From Marmoricola sp. (GTDB lineage: Bacteria > Actinomycetota > Actinomycetes > Propionibacteriales > Nocardioidaceae): DNA of 64,000 nucleotides. The DNA lies in contig DASSOK010000042.1 of the NCBI GenBank assembly GCA_035700665.1, forward strand, positions 6,115 through 70,114, in the 5' to 3' direction. A model generated the notes under the pieces. The model did no database searches, was not told the origin of the DNA, and was given only the letters and a program-made list of their open reading frames with translations. Both the position numbers and the translations under genes were made by a program. Shown one piece after another: positions 42,219 to 52,252 of this stretch (within the stretch, counting starts at the first letter, position 1; each line of letters opens with the position of its first letter).

Positions 42219-43766
42219 TCATTCCGGCCGCAGCAACGGAAACAGGATCGTCTCGCGAATTCCGGCCCCGGTCAGCAGCATGATCAGACGGTCAACGCCC
42301 ATGCCCATGCCGCCCGCGGGCGGCATGCCGTACTCCATCGCCTTGAGGAAGACCTCGTCGAGCTCCATGGCCTCCGGATCGCCCGCGGCCGCGAGCATGG
42401 ACTGCTCAGTGAGCCGCTCGCGCTGCAGGACCGGGTCGTTCAGCTCGGAGTAGGCCGGGGCCAGCTCCACGCCGTTGACGATCAGGTCCCAGGCCTCGTT
42501 GAGACCAGGCTTCGAGCGGTGCGGCTTTGCCAACGGCTTCACCGCAGCGGGATAGTCCATGACGAAAGTCGGTGTTATCAGGGAATCCTCGACGAGCTGC
42601 TCGTAGAGCTCGACGACGATTTCGGCCGAGCCCCATTTCTCCCGCAGCTCGACATCGTGCGTCGCGGCGTACTTCCGCAGCGTTTCCGCGGTCGTTTCCA
42701 CGGTCACTTCCTCGCCGACGGCCTCGGAGACCAGCTCGAGGATCGGCGCCTGTCGCCACGGCGCCTCCAGGTCGATCTCCGTGCCGTCCCGGCCCGGCAC
42801 GACGGTGCGGCCGACGGCGCGCGCGGCGTCGAGGACGAGGTCGCGGGTCAGCTCCATCATGGTGAACTGGTCGCCGTAGGCCTGGTAGGCCTCCAGCATC
42901 GAGAACTCGGCAGCGTGCGTGGAGTCCAGGCCCTCGTTGCGGAAGGTCCGGCCGATCTCGTAGACCTTGTCGACGCCGCCGATCATGGCGCGCTTGAGGT
43001 CGAGCTCCAGGGCGATCCGGAGCAGCATGTCCTGGTCGAGCGCGTTCAGGTGCGTGCGGAAGGGCCGGGCCGCCGCGCCGCCGTTGGTCAGCTGCAGGAT
43101 CGGCGTCTCGACCTCGAGGAACCCCTTGGCGTCGAGGGTGCTGCGCAGGCTGCGGAGCACGGTCGCCTTGGTCCGCACCAGCTCGCGAGGCTCCGGGCGG
43201 ATCATCATGTCGACGTAGCGCAGCCGGATCCTGGCCTCGTCGGAGAGCGGCTTGTGCTCGTTGGGCAGCGGCCGCAACGTCTTGGCGGCCATCACCCAGT
43301 CCGCCACCTGCACGGAGAGCTCGCCGCGCCGGCTGGTGACCACCTCGCCGGTGACGCCGAGCAGGTCGCCGATGTCGACGAGCGCCTTGAACTCGGACAG
43401 CCGTTCCTCGCCGACCTCCGCGAGCGAGAGCATCGCCTGGATCTCGGCTCCGGCGCCCTCGCGCAGCCGCACGAAGCAGAGCTTGCCGGTGTTGCGCAGG
43501 AAGATCACCCGACCGACCAGGGAGACGGTCTCGCCCGTGCGGGTGTCCGGCGCGAGGTCGCCGCGCTCGAGGGGGCCGTCGTACTCCTCCCGGACCTGCG
43601 CGATCGAGTGCGTCACCGGCACGGTGAGGGGGTACGGCGAGACGCCGTCGTCGATCAGCCGCTGCCGCTTGGCCCGACGGACCTGCATCTGCTCGGGCAG
43701 GTCGTCGGCAGCGTCGCCCTGGTGGCCTGCCGCGTCGTCCGTCGGATGCGCGGGCTGGTCGGTCAT
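42219..43766 (-). CDS. lysS: Lysine--tRNA ligase (class II)
   Basis: GKLCF, GGAAARPF, FRNEG, YSELNDP, YGMPPAGGMGMGVDRL, ILFPLLRPE. Confidence 0.97.
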   Translation of the reverse strand: MTDQPAHPTDDAAGHQGDAADDLPEQMQVRRAKRQRLIDDGVSPYPLTVPVTHSIAQVREEYDGPLERGDLAPDTRTGETVSLVGRVIFLRNTGKLCFVRLREGAGAEIQAMLSLAEVGEERLSEFKALVDIGDLLGVTGEVVTSRRGELSVQVADWVMAAKTLRPLPNEHKPLSDEARIRLRYVDMMIRPEPRELVRTKATVLRSLRSTLDAKGFLEVETPILQLTNGGAAARPFRTHLNALDQDMLLRIALELDLKRAMIGGVDKVYEIGRTFRNEGLDSTHAAEFSMLEAYQAYGDQFTMMELTRDLVLDAARAVGRTVVPGRDGTEIDLEAPWRQAPILELVSEAVGEEVTVETTAETLRKYAATHDVELREKWGSAEIVVELYEQLVEDSLITPTFVMDYPAAVKPLAKPHRSKPGLNEAWDLIVNGVELAPAYSELNDPVLQRERLTEQSMLAAAGDPEAMELDEVFLKAMEYGMPPAGGMGMGVDRLIMLLTGAGIRETILFPLLRPE

Positions 43767-43846
43767 GCTGCACAGGCTATCGAGCCGCCCGGTCACCCCC
43801 ACGGGCGGTGCACCTGCGTCGCGATCGCCTCTGCCACCATGGCGCG

Positions 43847-45193
43847 GTGGCGGAAGCAGACCGAGACCTCCGGCAGGTGCACCTGGCGCTGGACCTGTGC
43901 CTGCGGGTCGGCGAGCTGTTGCTGTCGAACGGCGCGGGTGCCGCCGACGTGACGGCGACCATGCGGCTGCTCGCGGAGCACTTCGGCCTGCGCCGTGCCG
44001 AGGTCGACGTGACGTTCACGTCGCTCTCGATGAGCTGGCAGCGCGAGGCCGGCGACCCGCCCGCGGTGATGATCCGCCAGGTCAAGCTGCGCGAGATCGA
44101 CTATGAGGACCTCACCCGGGTGGACCACCTGGTCCGCGACGTGCTCGAGGACCGGCTCGGCCTCGTGGAGGCGCGCGCCCAGATGGCCCGCATCGTCTCC
44201 AGCGGTCACCACCGCGCGCGGTGGTCGGTCACCGTCGGGTGGGGCGTCATGTGCGCCGCGGTGTCGGTGTTCCTCGGCGGTGGCCTGGTGATCTCGTCCA
44301 TCGCCTTCGTGGCGGCTGCCTGCATCGACCGGATGCAGCTGACCATGTCGCGGCGACGGCTGCCGTTCTTCTACCAGCAGGTCGCCGGTGGCGCGGTGGC
44401 GACGTTCTTCGCAGTTGCGGCCACCTATCTCGACCTGGACATCGACCCGTCGCTGGTGGTCACCTCGAACGTGATCATGCTGCTCGCCGGCATCGGCTTC
44501 ATGGGCGGACTGCAGGACGCGCTGTCCGGCTTCTACATCACCGCCGGCGCCCGGCTCACCGAGTCGCTGCTGGCGACGGCCGGGATCATCGCCGGGGTGA
44601 GCGGCGGACTCGGCGTCGGCGAGCTCCTCGAGGCGGGGATCAGCCGGCTCGAGCCGGGCTCGGCCAGCCTGGAGACGCTGCCCGTGGTGATGGCCGGCTC
44701 GGCGGTCTGTGCGGCGGCGTTCGCCTTCTCGACGTATGCCCCCAAGCGGTCGCTGCTGCCGATCGCGGCGATCGGCGGCATCGCGACCGCCTTCTCGCAG
44801 CTGGTGGTGACCGCCCAGCTGGGCCTGACCTGGGGCGCCGGCATCGCGGCGTTCTTCATCGGCCTGGTCGCCTACGCGGTGGCGGGCCGGTTCCGGATCC
44901 CGCCGCTGGTGGTCGTGGTGCCGGCGATCGTGCCGATGCTCCCCGGGCTGGCGATCTTCCGCGGCCTGTCCCTGCTGTCCTCACCGCTGCCGGGGTCGAC
45001 GAGCGAGGGGCTGCTCGCGCTGGTCACCGCGGCGGCGACCGCGCTGGCGCTCGCCTCCGGTGTGATCCTCGGCGAGTACGTCGCCCAGCCGCTCAAGCGC
45101 GAGGCGCGGCGACTGGAGAACCGGCTCGCCGGGCCGCGACTGGTCGGCCCGCTCCGCGGGAGAGCCCGGCGGTCCCGCCGCCCGGTCGTCTGA
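43847..45193 (+). CDS. Threonine/serine exporter family (ThrE) membrane protein
   Basis: RVGELLLSNGAGAADV, about ten TM segments, PMLPG motif. Confidence 0.85.
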   Translation: MAEADRDLRQVHLALDLCLRVGELLLSNGAGAADVTATMRLLAEHFGLRRAEVDVTFTSLSMSWQREAGDPPAVMIRQVKLREIDYEDLTRVDHLVRDVLEDRLGLVEARAQMARIVSSGHHRARWSVTVGWGVMCAAVSVFLGGGLVISSIAFVAAACIDRMQLTMSRRRLPFFYQQVAGGAVATFFAVAATYLDLDIDPSLVVTSNVIMLLAGIGFMGGLQDALSGFYITAGARLTESLLATAGIIAGVSGGLGVGELLEAGISRLEPGSASLETLPVVMAGSAVCAAAFAFSTYAPKRSLLPIAAIGGIATAFSQLVVTAQLGLTWGAGIAAFFIGLVAYAVAGRFRIPPLVVVVPAIVPMLPGLAIFRGLSLLSSPLPGSTSEGLLALVTAAATALALASGVILGEYVAQPLKREARRLENRLAGPRLVGPLRGRARRSRRPVV

Positions 45194-45205
45194 CGCCCCG
45201 ACGGG

Positions 45206-45997
45206 TCAGGCGTTGCGCTCGAAGACGAGCTCGAGGCCGAGGAGCGTGAGCCACGGCTCGTGGTGGGTGACCGAGGCGCACTCCTCCACGACGACCGGTG
45301 CCACCGAGCCGGTCGCGATCACCTTGACGTCCTCGGGCGGCACGCCGAGCTCGGCGATCATCCGCTCCACCAGGCCGTCGACCTGGCCGGCGAAGCCGTA
45401 GACCATCCCCGACTGGAGCGCCTCGACCGTGTTCTTCGCGATCACCGACCGCGGCTTGAGCACCTCGATCTTGCGCAGCTGGGCGCCCCTGCGGCCGAGG
45501 GCCTCCAGGGAGATCTCCATGCCGGGCGCGATCGCCCCTCCGACGTACTCCCCGCGCTCGCTGACCACGTCGAACGTCGTGCCGGTGCCGAAGTCGACGA
45601 CGATCGCCGGGCCCCCGTAGAGCGTCGCCGCGGCGAGCGCGTTCATCACCCGGTCGGCGCCCACCTCGCGGGGGTTGTCCATCAGGACCGGCACGCCCGT
45701 GCGCACGCCCGGCCCGACGACCACGGTGGGCAGGCCCGACAGGTGCCGCGGCATCATGTCCCGCCACTCGTGCAGCACGCCCGGGACCGTGGAGCACACG
45801 GCGATGCCGCGCAGCCGCTCGACGAGGTGGCCGGGGACCAGCGCGTTGAAGAGCGCGAACCACTCGTCGGCAGTACGACGCTCGTCGGTGGCCACCCGCC
45901 AGTGGTGCGGCACCTGGCCGTCCTGGACGAGGCCGAGGACGGTGTGCGCGTTGCCGATGTCCGCACACAGCAGCAGGTCCTTCTCCCCACCGGTCAT
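45206..45997 (-). CDS. coaX: Type III pantothenate kinase
   Basis: DIGNAHT, EVGADR, VDFGTGTTFD, GGAIAPG, LTLLGL. Confidence 0.95.
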   Translation of the reverse strand: MTGGEKDLLLCADIGNAHTVLGLVQDGQVPHHWRVATDERRTADEWFALFNALVPGHLVERLRGIAVCSTVPGVLHEWRDMMPRHLSGLPTVVVGPGVRTGVPVLMDNPREVGADRVMNALAAATLYGGPAIVVDFGTGTTFDVVSERGEYVGGAIAPGMEISLEALGRRGAQLRKIEVLKPRSVIAKNTVEALQSGMVYGFAGQVDGLVERMIAELGVPPEDVKVIATGSVAPVVVEECASVTHHEPWLTLLGLELVFERNA

Positions 45998-46893
45998 CGC
46001 AGGTCCATCCCCAGGTCGAACACCTTCACCGAGTGCGTCAGCGCCCCGACGGAGATGTAGTCGACGCCGGTCTCCGCGACCTCGCGCGCACGCTCGATGG
46101 TCAGCCCACCGGACGCCTCCAGGACAGCGCGCCCGGCCGTGAGCTCGACCGCCTTGCGCATGGTGGCGACATCCATGTTGTCCAGCAGGATCCGCTCGCA
46201 GCCGACCTCGAGGAGCTCCTCGAGCTGGTGCAGGTCGGTGACCTCGACCTCGACCGGTACGCCGGGATGCGCGCGCCGGACCGCCTCGAAGGCCGGGACC
46301 ACACCACCCGCGGCGAGGACGTGGTTGTCCTTGACCATCGCCATGTCGACCAGCGAGAACCGGTGGTTGACCCCACCGCCGCACCGCACTGCGTACTTCT
46401 GCAGTGCGCGATGGCCCGGCAGCGTCTTGCGGGTGTCGAGCACGCGGGAGCCGGTGCCCTGCAGTGCGGCCACCCAGGCAGCGGTCGCCGTGGCGATGCC
46501 CGAGAGGTGCGAGGCGAAGTTGAGGGCCGTGCGCTCGGCGGTGAGCAGCCCACGCGTCGGGCCGGCCACTCGCATCACCACGTCGCCCGGGTGGACCGGC
46601 GTGCCGTCCGGCACCCGGTCGCTCACGACCGCGTCGTCGCCCAGCACGCAGTGGAACACCAGCGCAGCGACGGCCAGGCCGGCCACGACGCCTCGCTCCC
46701 TCGCGGCGAAGTCGGCCTCACCGTGCTGGTCCGCAGGGATGGTCGCCGCGCTCGTCACGTCCTCTCCGCCGTCGGGCAGGTCCTCGACGAGGGCGCCGAC
46801 CACGGCGGCGTGGACCGCTCGCGGGTCGAGGCCGGCCCGCTCGAGCTCGGCCAGCAGGTCGGCCGGCAGGTCGTCGTACGGCGTGGGCGTCAT
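45994..46893 (-). CDS. nadC: Nicotinate-nucleotide diphosphorylase (carboxylating)
   Basis: ERTALN, DTRKT, KDNH, LLDNM, EASGG, SVGALTHS. Confidence 0.96.
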   Translation of the reverse strand: MTPTPYDDLPADLLAELERAGLDPRAVHAAVVGALVEDLPDGGEDVTSAATIPADQHGEADFAARERGVVAGLAVAALVFHCVLGDDAVVSDRVPDGTPVHPGDVVMRVAGPTRGLLTAERTALNFASHLSGIATATAAWVAALQGTGSRVLDTRKTLPGHRALQKYAVRCGGGVNHRFSLVDMAMVKDNHVLAAGGVVPAFEAVRRAHPGVPVEVEVTDLHQLEELLEVGCERILLDNMDVATMRKAVELTAGRAVLEASGGLTIERAREVAETGVDYISVGALTHSVKVFDLGMDLR

Positions 46894-48593
46894 GCCGGAA
46901 CCTCCGTCTCGGCGGGCCATGCGGCGCCGGCCGGCATGGGGTCGAACGACAGCTGCAGACCCGATTCGCGCAGGGACACGTCGACGTGGCCGGCGAAGCG
47001 CCCGTCGTCACGTTGCGCGAAGTCCTCGCGCCAGTGCGAGCCACGGGTCTCCTCGCGGAAGCGGGCCGCCCGCGCGAGGGCAGCACTGACCGTGACCAGG
47101 TTGGTCGTCTCCCACGCGTCGGTGCCCGTGGGCGAGCCGGTCACGGCACGGCGTCCGGCCAGGTGCTCGAGCTCCTTGACCGCCACATCGAGCCCGTCGG
47201 CGGAGCGCAGCACGCCCACCCGGTCGGTCATCACGCGCTGCAGCTCGGGGCGGACGGCCGGGTCTACGGCGCCCGGTGTCCGGGCGTCAAGGCTCGGAGA
47301 ACCCTGCTCGCCGAGCTCTCGCGGAAGCACCTGGGCGATGCGGCGGGAGAAGACCAGTCCCTCGAGGAGTGAGTTCGAGGCGAGCCGGTTGGCGCCGTGG
47401 ACGCCGGAGCAGGCGACCTCGCCGGTGGCGTACAGGCCCCGGAGAGTCGAGCGCCCCCAGAGGTCGGTCCGGACGCCCCCGGAGGCGTAGTGGCAGGCAG
47501 GCGCCACCGGGACCAGGTCCTGGGTCGGGTCGATCCCGTGGGCGCGGCAGGTGGCCAGGATGGTCGGGAACCGGTGCTCCCAGAACGCCCTGCGTCCCGC
47601 CCGGTCCTCCCCGCCGAGCTGCCGGGCGTCGAGCCACACGTGCGCCTTGCCCTCCTCGAGCATCCGACGGGTGATCGCCTTGGCCACCACGTCGCGCGGG
47701 GCCAGATCGGCCAGCTCGTGCACGCCCTGCAGGAACCGGTTGCCGGCGAAGTCCACCAGGAAAGCGCCCTCGCCGCGCACCGCCTCGGAGATCAGCGGCT
47801 GCTGGCCCTGGCTGTCGGGACCGAGGTACATCACCGTGGGGTGGAACTGCACGAACTCCAGGTCTCGCAGCACCGCGCCGGCCCGGAGCGCGAGCGCCAT
47901 GCCGTCACCAGTCGAGACCGCGGGGTTGGTGGTCTGGCCGAACACCTGGCCCAGACCGCCCGAGGCGAGGACGACGGCCCGGCAGTGGACTGCGCCGACG
48001 CCGTCGCGCTCGCCCTCCCCCATGACGTGCAGCGTGATCCCGCAGACGCGGCGGTCATCGTCCGTGCCGGTGGTGAGCAGGTCGACCGCCACGGCGTGCT
48101 CGATCACCTCGATGCCCGGGGCGCTCCGGAGGGCCGCCACCAGCGCACGCTGGACCTCCGCGCCGGTCGCGTCGCCGCCGGCGTGCGCGATCCGGTCGCG
48201 GTGGTGGCCACCCTCCCGCGTGAGGGAGAGCTCTCCGTCGTCGGTCTGGTCGAACCTGGTGCCCAGTGCGATCAGCTCCCGGACCGCGTCGGGGCCCTCG
48301 TTGACGAGCACGCGGACGGCGGCGGGATCACAAGCGCCGGCGCCCGCGACCAGCGTGTCCTCCTCGTGCTGGCCGGGGGTGTCGCCGGGCCCGAGGGCCG
48401 CCGCGATGCCGCCCTGCGCCCACCGCGTCGAGCCCGCGGAGAGCACGTCCTTGGTGACGACCAGCACCCTGCCGACGGCGGCCTGGAGCCGCAGGGCGGC
48501 GGTCAGCCCGGCGATGCCGGAGCCGACCACGACGACGTCCGCCGTGGTCGACCAGCCGGGTTCGCCGGCACTCAACCGGCGGGGGATCGTCAC
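46890..48593 (-). CDS. nadB: L-aspartate oxidase
   Basis: GSGIAG, AQGGIAA, REGGH, QFHPT, SEAVRGEG, GVHGANRLASNSLLE. Confidence 0.96.
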   Translation of the reverse strand: MTIPRRLSAGEPGWSTTADVVVVGSGIAGLTAALRLQAAVGRVLVVTKDVLSAGSTRWAQGGIAAALGPGDTPGQHEEDTLVAGAGACDPAAVRVLVNEGPDAVRELIALGTRFDQTDDGELSLTREGGHHRDRIAHAGGDATGAEVQRALVAALRSAPGIEVIEHAVAVDLLTTGTDDDRRVCGITLHVMGEGERDGVGAVHCRAVVLASGGLGQVFGQTTNPAVSTGDGMALALRAGAVLRDLEFVQFHPTVMYLGPDSQGQQPLISEAVRGEGAFLVDFAGNRFLQGVHELADLAPRDVVAKAITRRMLEEGKAHVWLDARQLGGEDRAGRRAFWEHRFPTILATCRAHGIDPTQDLVPVAPACHYASGGVRTDLWGRSTLRGLYATGEVACSGVHGANRLASNSLLEGLVFSRRIAQVLPRELGEQGSPSLDARTPGAVDPAVRPELQRVMTDRVGVLRSADGLDVAVKELEHLAGRRAVTGSPTGTDAWETTNLVTVSAALARAARFREETRGSHWREDFAQRDDGRFAGHVDVSLRESGLQLSFDPMPAGAAWPAETEVPA

Positions 48594-48602
48594 CCGGTCA
48601 CC

Positions 48603-49031
48603 TCATCGGGCGGCGACGAGGTCACCGCGCATGAGTCCGCTGCCGGGGAGCACCTCGGCGGGGTCCGAGCCGGTGGTCAGGATCCGGTTGTCGGCATCGA
48701 CGAACACCACGTGCGGCTCGAAGGTGCGCGCCTCGGCGGTGTCCATCTGGCCGTAGCCGATCAGGATCACGACGTCACCGGGGTGCACGAGCCGTGCAGC
48801 GGCCCCGTTGATCCCGATCACGCCACTGCCCCGCTCCCCCGCGATGGTGTAGGTCTCCAGGCGGGCGCCGTTGGTGACGTCGACGATGTGCACCAGCTCG
48901 CCGGGCAGCAGGTCGGCCGCCTCGAGCAGGTCCTCGTCGACCGTGACCGAGCCGACGTAGTGCAGGTCGGCCTGCGTCACCGTCGCGCGGTGGATCTTGC
49001 TCTTCATCATCGTGCGGAGCATGTCAGTCAT
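48603..49031 (-). CDS. panD: Aspartate 1-decarboxylase
   Basis: [19 protein letters not shown] (Gly-Ser cleavage site), [13 protein letters not shown]. Confidence 0.97.
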   Translation of the reverse strand: MTDMLRTMMKSKIHRATVTQADLHYVGSVTVDEDLLEAADLLPGELVHIVDVTNGARLETYTIAGERGSGVIGINGAAARLVHPGDVVILIGYGQMDTAEARTFEPHVVFVDADNRILTTGSDPAEVLPGSGLMRGDLVAAR

Positions 49032-49911
49032 TCCTCTCGGTCGCGCCCAGGTCGACGGCGACGTTGTCGATGAGTCGGGTCTTGCCCACGCGGGCCGCGA
49101 TGAGCAGCCGCGCGGAACCGTGCTGAGGGGCGGGGCCGAGGTCCGGACCGGTCAGCTCGAGGTAGTCGAGGTCCACGCCGGTGCTGCGCCGCAGCTCTGC
49201 GCGGGCACTGGCCAGGACGCCCTCGGCGCCCTGCGGGGCAGCGCCCCGGCCGGCCAGCAGCGTGTGCACCAGTCCGAGCGCGTGCTGGCGCTCCTCCGCG
49301 TCGAGGTAGCGGTTGCGGCTCGACAGGGCCAGGCCGTCGGGATCGCGGACGATCCCGGCGCCGACGACCTCGGTGCCCAGGCAGAGGTCGGCCACCATCC
49401 GACGGATCAGCACGAGCTGCTGGTAGTCCTTCTCGCCGAAGACCGCCACGTCGGGCCGGACCAGCCCGAAGAGCTTGGCGACCACCGTGAGCACGCCACG
49501 GAAGTGCGTCGGCCGGGAGGCTCCTTCGAGGACCTCCCCGAGCGGTCCCGGATCGACCGTCACCTGCGGCTCGCCGCCCGGATAGACGTCGTCCACCGTC
49601 GGGGCGAAGACCACGTCGACGCCCTGCCCGGCGCACAGCTCGAGGTCGGCGGGAAGGGTCCGGGGGTAGCGGTCGAGGTCCTCGCCCGCCCCGAACTGCA
49701 TCGGGTTGACGAAGACCGACACCACCACCAGGCCCCCGGGGCCGATCGCCCGGCGGGCCTGCGCCATCAGCGCGGCGTGACCGGCGTGGAGGGCCCCCAT
49801 GGTGGGGACCAGCGCGAGTCGGCGTCGGGCCCCAGGACCGGACGCCGACCGCTCGTCGAGCACGCGCTGGAGCTCCTCGCGGGTGCGCGCGAGGTCGGGT
49901 GCCGTGGTCAC
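49024..49911 (-). CDS. panC: Pantoate--beta-alanine ligase
   Basis: [35 protein letters not shown]. Confidence 0.97.
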   Translation of the reverse strand: MTTAPDLARTREELQRVLDERSASGPGARRRLALVPTMGALHAGHAALMAQARRAIGPGGLVVVSVFVNPMQFGAGEDLDRYPRTLPADLELCAGQGVDVVFAPTVDDVYPGGEPQVTVDPGPLGEVLEGASRPTHFRGVLTVVAKLFGLVRPDVAVFGEKDYQQLVLIRRMVADLCLGTEVVGAGIVRDPDGLALSSRNRYLDAEERQHALGLVHTLLAGRGAAPQGAEGVLASARAELRRSTGVDLDYLELTGPDLGPAPQHGSARLLIAARVGKTRLIDNVAVDLGATERND

Positions 49912-50819
49912 CGCAGGCCGGTCCGGTGGGTCGCGGACCCGGCCGGGGCCTCGGCGGCGTCGAGGAGGGAGAGGATCCGGGCGGCCCGGATCGGCAGCAA
50001 CCGACCGTCGAGCACGGCGCGGTCGGCGGTGGCCCGCGCCATCGAGACGTACGACGCCAGGGTGTCCGGCGCGTTGCGGGCGATGTCGGCCAGGTGCGCC
50101 CGGACGGTGTTCACGTCACCCCTCACGATCGGTCCGGTGAGCGCCGCGTCACCGTGTGCGAGCGCGTTGTCCAGAGCCGCCGTCAGCAGCGGCCGGAGCG
50201 TGGCGGCGGGGTCCTCGGCCCCGGAGGCGGCCAACAGCTCCATCGCCTGGGTGACCAGGGTGACGAGGTGGTTGGCGCCGTGGGCCAGACCTGCGTGGTA
50301 GAGGGTGCGCCGGTCCTCCGGCACGAACATCGGGACTCCGGCGAGGTCGTCGACCAGCGCCTCGGCGTACTCCCGGTCCTCGTCGGCTGCGGTGACGCCG
50401 AAGACACAGCCCGCGAGCCGGGCGAGGTCGAGCGCCGTCCCGGTGAAGGTCATCGCGGGATGCATCGCCAGTGGCCGGGCGCCCACGGCCGTGGCGCTGG
50501 CCAGGACGCCGAGCCCGTGCCGGCCGGAGGTGTGGCACACGTGCTGCCCGCGGCGGATCGCGCCGGCGCCCACCAAGGTGTCGACGACGTTGCCGAGCAT
50601 GTCGTCGGGGACGGTGAGCAGCAGCAGGTCGCACGACCGCGCCACGTCGGTCGGCTTGGCGATCGGCACACCCGGAAGCAGCGCCTCGGCGCGGCCACGG
50701 GACGCCGCGGACTCCCCGGCCACCGACACGATCTCGTGACCGGCTGCGCGGAGCGCGGAGGCCAGGACGGCACCGACCTTGCCGGCACCGACAACCCCGA
50801 TTCGGGTCATCGCTCTCAT
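49908..50819 (-). CDS. Rossmann-like + DUF2520 protein (PanG-type ketopantoate reductase)
   Basis: GAGKVG, HTSG, HPAMTF, YHAGL...NHLV, LTGPIVRGD; first gene of the pan operon. Confidence 0.85.
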   Translation of the reverse strand: MRAMTRIGVVGAGKVGAVLASALRAAGHEIVSVAGESAASRGRAEALLPGVPIAKPTDVARSCDLLLLTVPDDMLGNVVDTLVGAGAIRRGQHVCHTSGRHGLGVLASATAVGARPLAMHPAMTFTGTALDLARLAGCVFGVTAADEDREYAEALVDDLAGVPMFVPEDRRTLYHAGLAHGANHLVTLVTQAMELLAASGAEDPAATLRPLLTAALDNALAHGDAALTGPIVRGDVNTVRAHLADIARNAPDTLASYVSMARATADRAVLDGRLLPIRAARILSLLDAAEAPAGSATHRTGLR

Positions 50820-50827
50820 CGCCTTTC

Positions 50828-50853
50828 GTTCCAGTCCCTCGCGGGTACCGGAC
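50828..50853 (-). promoter_or_regulatory. Candidate cis-regulatory hairpin with bulged A and GCGA tetraloop in the pan operon leader
   Basis: Minus strand GTCCGGT-A-CCC-GCGA-GGG-ACTGGAAC, directly followed by the GAAAGG RBS; TAGGCT -10 at 50876-50881. Confidence 0.6.
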
Positions 50854-50951
50854 TACTCACTCAATGACAACCACGAGCCTACGACGCCGCTTCCCGCCGG
50901 GTAACCCGTCGGGCCGGTGGCATGGGTCACAGGCGCTCGGCCCGCTCGCAG

Positions 50952-50987
50952 GCTGCCCGTCTCGCTGCCCGTCTTGCTGCCCGTCTC
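50952..50987. repeat. 12-bp tandem repeat GCTGCCCGTCTY x3
   Basis: Read directly in the panG/serA divergent intergenic region. Confidence 0.85.
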
Positions 50988-51039
50988 GCCGCACCCGGGC
51001 GGTAACAGGTCGCCTCCTCCCGGGATCTAGGGTTGGCCC

Positions 51040-52242
51040 GTGCGTGCCCTGCTGCTGGAGAACATCCACCCCGGAGCTGTCGAGCGCCTCGAGGAGGCCG
51101 GCTACGACGTCGAGCTGCGCAAGTCCTCCATGTCGGCCGAGGAGCTCACGGCGGCCCTGCCCGGGGTGCACCTGCTCGGCATCCGGTCCAACACCCACCT
51201 CACCGCCGAGGTCCTCGACGACGCGCCGGACCTGGTCGCGGTCGGCTGCTTCTGCATCGGAACCAACCAGGTCGACCTCGACGCCGCCACGCGGCGCAAC
51301 ATCGCGGTGTTCAACGCACCGCACTCCAACACCCGCAGCGTGGTGGAGCTGGTCATCGGCGAGATCATCATGCTGGCGCGCCGGCTGGCCGAGAAGAACG
51401 AGCGGATGCACGCCGGCATCTGGGACAAGTCCGCAGCGGGCAGTCACGAGATCCGCGGCCGGACGCTGGGCATCATCGGCTACGGCAACATCGGCTCGCA
51501 GCTGTCCGTGGTCGCCGAGGCCGTCGGACTGCGAGTGATCTTCTACGACGTCGCCGACCGGCTCGCGCACGGCAACGCCCGCCGGATGCCCTCCATGGAG
51601 GCGTTGCTCGCCGAGGCCGACGTGGTCTCGCTGCACGTCGACGGGCGCCCCGGGAACGCCGGCCTCTTCGGGGCCTCGTACTTCGACCTGATGAAGCCGC
51701 GCTCGCTGTTCATCAACGCTTCCCGCGGCATGACGGTGGACACCGAGGTGCTCCGCGAGCGGATCCTGTCGGGACACATCGCCGGGGCGGCGCTGGACGT
51801 CTTCCCGATCGAGCCGAAGGCGCAGGGTGACCCCTTCGAGTCACCCCTCCGGGGGCTGGACAACGTGATCCTGACCCCGCACGTGGGCGGCTCGACGCAG
51901 GAGGCCCAGGCCGAGATCGGGCACTTCGTGTCCGGCAAGCTGATCGACTACCTGCGCTACGGCCGCACGTCCCTGTCGGTGAACTTCCCGCACGCCGGCG
52001 CCGAGCAGCCGGCCGGTGACGGACGGGTGGCGCACCTGCACGACAACGTCCCGGGCGTGCTGGCCGCCATCAACCAGGTGCTGGCCGACTGCGGCGAGAA
52101 CATGCTCGGACAGTCGCTGGCCACGCGCGCCGACGTCGGCTACGTCGTGACGGACCTGTCCGCGCCGCTCCCGGAGCACGTGCTGGAACAGCTGCGGGCC
52201 GTCGAGCACACCCGGCTGGTGCGCTCGCTGACCCGGTCCTGA
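51040..52242 (+). CDS. serA: D-3-phosphoglycerate dehydrogenase (short type with ACT domain)
   Basis: LLLENIH, GIRS, CFCIGTNQ, SNTRSVVE, GYGNIG, LTPHVGGSTQEAQ, C-terminal HDNVPGVL ACT; TAGGGT -10 lies 6 nt before the GTG. Confidence 0.93.
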   Translation: MRALLLENIHPGAVERLEEAGYDVELRKSSMSAEELTAALPGVHLLGIRSNTHLTAEVLDDAPDLVAVGCFCIGTNQVDLDAATRRNIAVFNAPHSNTRSVVELVIGEIIMLARRLAEKNERMHAGIWDKSAAGSHEIRGRTLGIIGYGNIGSQLSVVAEAVGLRVIFYDVADRLAHGNARRMPSMEALLAEADVVSLHVDGRPGNAGLFGASYFDLMKPRSLFINASRGMTVDTEVLRERILSGHIAGAALDVFPIEPKAQGDPFESPLRGLDNVILTPHVGGSTQEAQAEIGHFVSGKLIDYLRYGRTSLSVNFPHAGAEQPAGDGRVAHLHDNVPGVLAAINQVLADCGENMLGQSLATRADVGYVVTDLSAPLPEHVLEQLRAVEHTRLVRSLTRS

Positions 52243-52252
52243 GCGGGGCCCG

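Noticed and set aside
45994-48593. Missing nadA beside nadB-nadC
   Set aside because: nadA is commonly located elsewhere in actinobacteria; its absence cannot be judged from one window.
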